The translations under genes were made by a program, and so were the position numbers. A stretch of DNA of 12,899 nt from positions 1 through 12,899 of the forward strand of contig JBBQSO010000120.1 in the NCBI GenBank assembly GCA_038213805.1, given 5' to 3'. Shown here piece after piece: positions 8,563 through 12,899 of this stretch; position 1 is the stretch's first letter; every line of letters starts with the position of its first letter. The notes under the pieces are model-generated. The model was not told where the DNA came from, made no database searches, and saw only the letters and a list, made by a program, of their open reading frames with translations. The stretch comes from Planctomycetota bacterium (GTDB lineage: Bacteria > Planctomycetota > UBA11346).

Positions 8563-9627
8563 ATGGACAGCGGAGCAGGTGCGGAGTGCGGAGTGCGGAG
8601 TGCGGAGTGGCCGCAGTGCGGGGGTCCCGTGCGAGGTCCGGGGGCTGGAGCGGATTTAAGGGTCGGTGACGACATCGCACCACACGCACTCCGCACTCCG
8701 CACTCCGCACTCCGCACCCGATGGTGGACATGCGGCGCCCTGCTGATCGCGGTTTCCAGCTTCGCAGCCCGCACTGCCGCGGTCGAGACCGCGTCGCCGC
8801 CGGCTTCGGGCTACGCCTTCACCGTCAACCACCCCGTGGTCTACGTCTACGACCTGACCCAGAGCGTCGGTTGGGAGAGCGCCGGCGACAAGCTCGCCTA
8901 CACTACCACCCTGGCCTGGAGCTTCACCCTGCGCGCCACCGCGGTGGCGGCGGAGCGCGTCGACCTCGAGGCGGTGATCCTCGCCGTCCAGGCCAGCCAC
9001 ATCGGCCCGGGCAGCGCGCACCGCATCGACAGCCGCGCCGAGGCCGACCAGGACGGCGGCGACGACGCCCTGCTCGGCCACCTGCTCGCGCTCAAGGGCG
9101 CGGTGCTGACCCTGGTGATGGATCCGCGTACTGGCCGCGTCGCCGAGGTCCACGGCGGCGAAAGCATCGTCGAGCGCATCAACCGTCGCGCGCCCGCGCC
9201 CTTCCCGGGTGAGGCGCCGCCGCTCGCCGCGCAGGCCACGGCGCTCTATTCCTCCGCGGCGTTGGCGCGCCAGTGGTCGGAGATGTTCGCGCTGCCCGGC
9301 GACGGCGGCGTGCAGCCCATCGCGCTCGCCGCGCCGCTCGCCGGCACGATCGAGCGGCGCTGGAACGGCACCACTTACACCCTCGCCCTGCCGAGCGGCA
9401 CCGACCACCTCGATGCGCAGCTGGTCAAGGACCCCAACCCGGTCAGCGCCAGCCTGGGCAAGCTCGTCGGCAGCGGCAAGGAGGCGCTCGTCGGCGGCCT
9501 GCTCCATGAGGCCACGGGCGATCTCGCTTTCACGCTGACGCTCAGTGCTTTGACGCAGCCGGTGGTGCAGAGCCATCATTTGACGTGGCGGCTGCGGTTG
9601 CTGCCGGCGGCTGCGCCGCAGCGGTGA
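8563..9627 (+). CDS. Hypothetical exported protein, probably co-transcribed with ispA
   Basis: ATG 5 nt after the ispA stop. Hydrophobic segment RWWTCGALLIAVSSFAARTAA followed by a beta-rich-looking region with strong G/C third-position bias. The longer 8236 start overlaps ispA and is unlikely. Confidence 0.7.
   Translation: MDSGAGAECGVRSAEWPQCGGPVRGPGAGADLRVGDDIAPHALRTPHSALRTRWWTCGALLIAVSSFAARTAAVETASPPASGYAFTVNHPVVYVYDLTQSVGWESAGDKLAYTTTLAWSFTLRATAVAAERVDLEAVILAVQASHIGPGSAHRIDSRAEADQDGGDDALLGHLLALKGAVLTLVMDPRTGRVAEVHGGESIVERINRRAPAPFPGEAPPLAAQATALYSSAALARQWSEMFALPGDGGVQPIALAAPLAGTIERRWNGTTYTLALPSGTDHLDAQLVKDPNPVSASLGKLVGSGKEALVGGLLHEATGDLAFTLTLSALTQPVVQSHHLTWRLRLLPAAAPQR
8578..8718. repeat. 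Inverted heptamer pair (GTGCGGA)4.. / ..(TCCGCAC)4: perfect 32-bp arms, 77-nt spacer
   Basis: 8578-8609 is the exact reverse complement of 8687-8718. Total length 141 bp. Confidence 0.97.
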
Positions 9628-9643
9628 GGATGGCTGGGTGGGA

Positions 9644-9816
9644 GGCCGATAGCTGATGGCTGATGGCTGATGGATCCTTCTCCTGGGTGTGGCACGCGGT
9701 CCGGCGCCGGCTAGGCCTTCTGGATTGGTTAGAGCCCCAACGATGCGACGGCATCAGCCATCAGCCATCAGCCATCAGCCATCAGCCATCAGCCATCAGC
9801 CATCAGCCATCAGCCA
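9644..9816. repeat. Inverted heptamer pair (GGCTGAT)~4 / (CATCAGC)9, 78-nt spacer
   Basis: GGCCGAT AGCTGAT GGCTGAT GGCTGAT GG at 9644-9673, and nine perfect CATCAGC copies at 9752-9814. Confidence 0.95.
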
Positions 9817-9941
9817 AGCCACAGTGCCAGTTGCGCTTATATCATATTTTCCAATGTCCGACCGCGATCTGCCCAGCTCCCAGCCCCGTGCTCCCATATT
9901 TGAGGTAGACTCCAACCGGTCCCTTGTCCTTGGAGGTGACG

Positions 9942-11537
9942 ATGTTCGGTGCATCCAAAACGGTGGTCGGGCTCGACGTCGGGTCCTACTCGGTCAAGGC
10001 GGTGGCCCTTCAGCCCAACCGCGACCGCCTCACGCTGCAGGGCTATGCGCAAGCGCGCATCGGCACCCAAGAACCGGCGGAGGTCATCCGCAAGGTGATC
10101 GACCAGCTCGGCTTCAAGCCGCGACGGATTGTGACCAGCGTATCCGGGCGCTCGGTGATCGTGCGCCAGGTCGAGACGCCGCGGCTGCCGCAGGACGAGC
10201 TCAAGGCGCACATCGCCTACGAGGCCGACAAGTACATCCCCTTCGGCAGCGACGAGGTGATCATCGATTGCCAGCCGCTGCCCGAGCGCGGCGAGGCCAA
10301 GGCCGCCAACATGCAGGTGCTGCTGGTCGCGGTGCGCCGCGGCTTCATCGAGGACCACATCAGCGTGCTCAAGGCCGCGGGCATCGCCCCCGAGATCATC
10401 GACGTGGACGTCTTCGCGCTGTCCAACGCCTATGAACTGCTCGGCCCCGGCCCGCTCGCCAACACCGAGAAGACCGCGACCGCGCTGATCGACGTCGGCG
10501 CCTCGAAGAGCAACATCGCCATCGTCCAGGGCACGCGCCTGCTCTTCACCCGCGAGGTCTACCTGGCGGGCAACGAGATCACCGACGCCATCGTGCGCAC
10601 CTTCAATGAGCCCGCCGAGGACATCGAGCGCATCAAGGCCGTGCCCGGCGACGCCGTCGAGGCGCTGATGGACGCGGCGATGCCGGCGTTCGAGGACCTC
10701 GCCAACGAGATCCGTCTGAGCTTCGACTACGTCGAGGGCCAGTTCGACGCCCAGGTCACCACCGTGGTGCTGACCGGTGGCTCGAGCCAGCTGCCCGGCA
10801 TCGCCGGCATCCTTGGCAACATCCTCGGCCGCCCGGTGCAGGTGCTCGACCCGCTCGCCGGGCTCGACCTGATCCCGAGCAAGTACGACATCCACGGCCT
10901 CGATGCCAACAGCCCGACGCTGACCGTCGCGCTGGGCCTGGCCGCGCACATCCTGCAGTTCAGTCAGAGCGGCCTGGGCGGCGCCAACAGCCACGGCTGG
11001 CAGCCACGCCAGGGTCGCGACGGCGGCGCGCGCACCGCCGGCACCGACAAGGGCATCATGCCCATGCCCGGCCACGCGCCCGCACCCGTCCCCGTGCCGG
11101 TGATGGTCGCCGCGCCCGCGCCGCTGGCGGCCCCGCCCGCGCCGCTGGCGTTCTCGCCGCCGCCGCCCGCGCCCATCATCGCTCCGCCGGCGCCGATCGC
11201 CCTGCGACCGGAAGAGATCAGCTACACGCCGCCATCGGTGCCCGCCGCCATGCCGGTGGCCAACGCCCTCGACCTGGTGCTGCCCGGCGAGGAGTCGCCG
11301 TCGGGAACGCAGCCGACCACCGATTCCTACGGCAACAACGAGTCCAACCGCAGCGGCCTGCTGGTGGTCCTCGACGAGGACCAGGAGATGCCGCCCAGCG
11401 AGCGCCACGAGCGCGGTACGATCTCGCGCAATTCGCCCATTGTCGGCTCGTCGCTGCTACGCGTCGAGGGCTTCAACGTGGACGATGAGAGCGACAAGGA
11501 GCCGTCGGGTGGGCTGCCGGAGCTGCCGAAGCTATAG
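9942..11537 (+). CDS. pilM: Type IV pilus assembly protein PilM (actin/FtsA-like) with ~190-aa C-terminal Pro/Ala-rich and acidic extension
   Basis: VGLDVGSYSVKAV, SVSGRSVIVR, EADKYIPF..DEVIID, VLLVAV, IDVDVFAL.N, ALIDVGASKS, AGNEIT, EIRLSFDY, VLTGGSSQLPGI and VALGLA. GGAGGT RBS at 9932-9937. Confidence 0.9.
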   Translation: MFGASKTVVGLDVGSYSVKAVALQPNRDRLTLQGYAQARIGTQEPAEVIRKVIDQLGFKPRRIVTSVSGRSVIVRQVETPRLPQDELKAHIAYEADKYIPFGSDEVIIDCQPLPERGEAKAANMQVLLVAVRRGFIEDHISVLKAAGIAPEIIDVDVFALSNAYELLGPGPLANTEKTATALIDVGASKSNIAIVQGTRLLFTREVYLAGNEITDAIVRTFNEPAEDIERIKAVPGDAVEALMDAAMPAFEDLANEIRLSFDYVEGQFDAQVTTVVLTGGSSQLPGIAGILGNILGRPVQVLDPLAGLDLIPSKYDIHGLDANSPTLTVALGLAAHILQFSQSGLGGANSHGWQPRQGRDGGARTAGTDKGIMPMPGHAPAPVPVPVMVAAPAPLAAPPAPLAFSPPPPAPIIAPPAPIALRPEEISYTPPSVPAAMPVANALDLVLPGEESPSGTQPTTDSYGNNESNRSGLLVVLDEDQEMPPSERHERGTISRNSPIVGSSLLRVEGFNVDDESDKEPSGGLPELPKL

Positions 11538-11542
11538 GGGAG

Positions 11543-11669
11543 AGGTCCGGAGGTCCGGAAGTCCGGGGTCCGGAAGTCTCGTTGGACGGCGTTGGTGCCG
11601 TCAGCATTGGCGTGGCCGCGTCACTTCGTCATCGATGTTCCGAAACTTCCGGGCCTCTGGGCTTCCGGA
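11543..11669. repeat. Degenerate inverted octamer pair (ARGTCCGG)~5 / (CCGGRCYT)~4
   Basis: AGGTCCGG AGGTCCGG AAGTCCGG GGTCCGG AAGTCTCG at 11543-11581. The reverse complement of 11637-11669 reads TCCGG AAGCCCAG AGGCCCGG AAGTTTCG GAAC. Confidence 0.8.
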
Positions 11670-11701
11670 GGCCCCTTCCGACTGGTAGGTTGGTCCCCGC
11701 C

Positions 11702-11968
11702 ATGACCCTCGGTCCCGATCCGGATATGGAGTTCGAGCTCTGCAACTGCACGGGCGTGCGGCGCGCGGAAGTGCTCGCCGCGCTCGCCGGTGGTGCGCGC
11801 AGCGTCGGCGAGCTGCGAGCTGCCACCGGCGTGTGCAGCGGCTGCCGCACGTGTGCCTGCGAATTGGAAGCGCTGCTGCGCCAGGTACGCGGTGGCGGGA
11901 TCGCCTGTGCCGCGCCCAAGGTGCCGCCAGCGCCGATCCGCGGGGTGGGGACGCGCGACGCGCATTGA
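11702..11968 (+). CDS. Bfd-like [2Fe-2S]-binding protein
   Basis: LCNCTGV...V..A...GARSV.EL...TGVCSGCRTC fits the CxC...CxxC BFD pattern. ATG 11726 is an alternative start. Confidence 0.8.
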   Translation: MTLGPDPDMEFELCNCTGVRRAEVLAALAGGARSVGELRAATGVCSGCRTCACELEALLRQVRGGGIACAAPKVPPAPIRGVGTRDAH

Positions 11969-11982
11969 GGAGCGCCTCGCGC

Positions 11983-12669
11983 TTACGGCTTGAAGATCCC
12001 CGCATCGATCGGCCGCCCATAATGCGCTTCGACCACGTCGACGGCGTAATGGTTGCCCTGCGGGTCATCGACACCGAGCCGCACCAGGTGGTCGTCCTTG
12101 TCGAACTCGAGGACCATGCCGGTGACCTGCTCCTTCGCCTCCGCCGTGCTCGGCGTCAGCGTGACGCGTGTAGTCGCCGTGCCCGCGTCGGTGAGCGGCG
12201 CGGCGAACAGCGTGAAATCCTTGCGCAGCACCGGCACATCGAAGCGGAAGCAGGCCAGCAGGCGCCGCCACTGCGCGTCGTCCTGACCGACGCGGGCGCG
12301 CTTCACATCGGCGGGGTCGTCGTTGGACAGGCGCTGCACCTCCCAGCGGTCGGTGCCGTCGCTGAGGAAGCTGTGCCGCCACTCCGCGTCGCTGGGCTTG
12401 CTGTAGACCAGGCAGTAGCGGTCGGGAAAGGCCAGGAAGAACGTGGCGGTAAGGATCTCGCCGGCGGTGGTCTCGCCGTCGTCGCGGCGCGAGCTGCGCT
12501 GGCTGAGGCGGCCATCGGCGGTGGCCAGCGTCTGGTGCACGCCGGCGATGCGCGCGAGCAGCGCATCGCTGGCAGCGTCCTCCGCCTGGCCGTGCGCCGC
12601 GCACAGGATCAGGACGAGCAGGCAGCGCAGCGCGTCGGGCAGCGAGCAGCGGAGGTGCGATCTGGTCAT
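11983..12669 (-). CDS. LolA-like outer-membrane lipoprotein carrier family protein
   Basis: Signal peptide (LRCLLVLILCAAHGQA), ATFFLAFPDRYCLVYSKP...SFLSDGTDRW, VTLTP, DDPQGN and C-terminal PIDAGIF, all resembling LolA-fold proteins. The start at 12669 was chosen from upstream AGGA motifs and is uncertain. Confidence 0.7.
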   Translation of the reverse strand: MTRSHLRCSLPDALRCLLVLILCAAHGQAEDAASDALLARIAGVHQTLATADGRLSQRSSRRDDGETTAGEILTATFFLAFPDRYCLVYSKPSDAEWRHSFLSDGTDRWEVQRLSNDDPADVKRARVGQDDAQWRRLLACFRFDVPVLRKDFTLFAAPLTDAGTATTRVTLTPSTAEAKEQVTGMVLEFDKDDHLVRLGVDDPQGNHYAVDVVEAHYGRPIDAGIFKP

Positions 12670-12763
12670 GCCTGGCGTTCCTGTCCTTGCCCACCGCTGG
12701 TGGGTGGGGATCATCGCTCCGGAGAGGTGCATGGCAACGCGCCCGTGCCGGTCCGGTCGATTT

Positions 12764-12899
12764 TCAGCCATCAGCCATCAGCCATCAGCCATCAGCCATC
12801 AGCCATCAGCCATCAGCCATCAGCCATCAGCCATCAGCCATCAGCCATCAGCCATCAGCCATCAGCCATCAGCCATCAGCCATCAGCCATCAGCCATCA
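12764..12899. repeat. Tandem heptamer (TCAGCCA)n, about 19.4 copies, truncated by the window end
   Basis: Perfect repeat read directly. Same unit and orientation as 1-59 and 9752-9816. Confidence 0.99.

Noticed and set aside
9663..10435. ORFs containing (HQPSAIS)n
   Set aside because: This is translation of the CAGCCAT array, and the remainder is an off-frame overlap with pilM.

Overview
GC-rich bacterial chromosomal fragment from a diderm (it carries a LolA-like gene and pilM; Planctomycetota-like is only an impression), cut at both ends inside (CAGCCAT)n heptamer runs. Genes in order: lsrG-like ABM protein, hflX, an orphan DUF2235/Tle1-type alpha/beta hydrolase, a small exported-protein gene interrupted by an in-frame TGA, gyrB, ispA, an exported hypothetical protein, a stand-alone pilM with a long Pro-rich/acidic tail, a Bfd-like [2Fe-2S] protein and a LolA-like protein. 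The most unusual content is non-coding. (1) A ~780-bp nested palindromic region (3752-4534): a REP/REPIN-like cluster has one hairpin split by a ~440-bp TIR-bounded, direct-repeat-flanked insert, which itself carries a second cluster of the same design. Each cluster encloses a perfect 28-30-bp hairpin, and the two hairpins differ only by compensated changes. (2) 'Inverted microsatellite pairs' built from three different units (CAGCCAT, GTGCGGA, ARGTCCGG) sit just after stop codons. One of them is a 141-bp in-frame insert in a probable signal peptide. No mobilising enzyme is encoded in the window, and all family assignments are by motif recognition, not database search.
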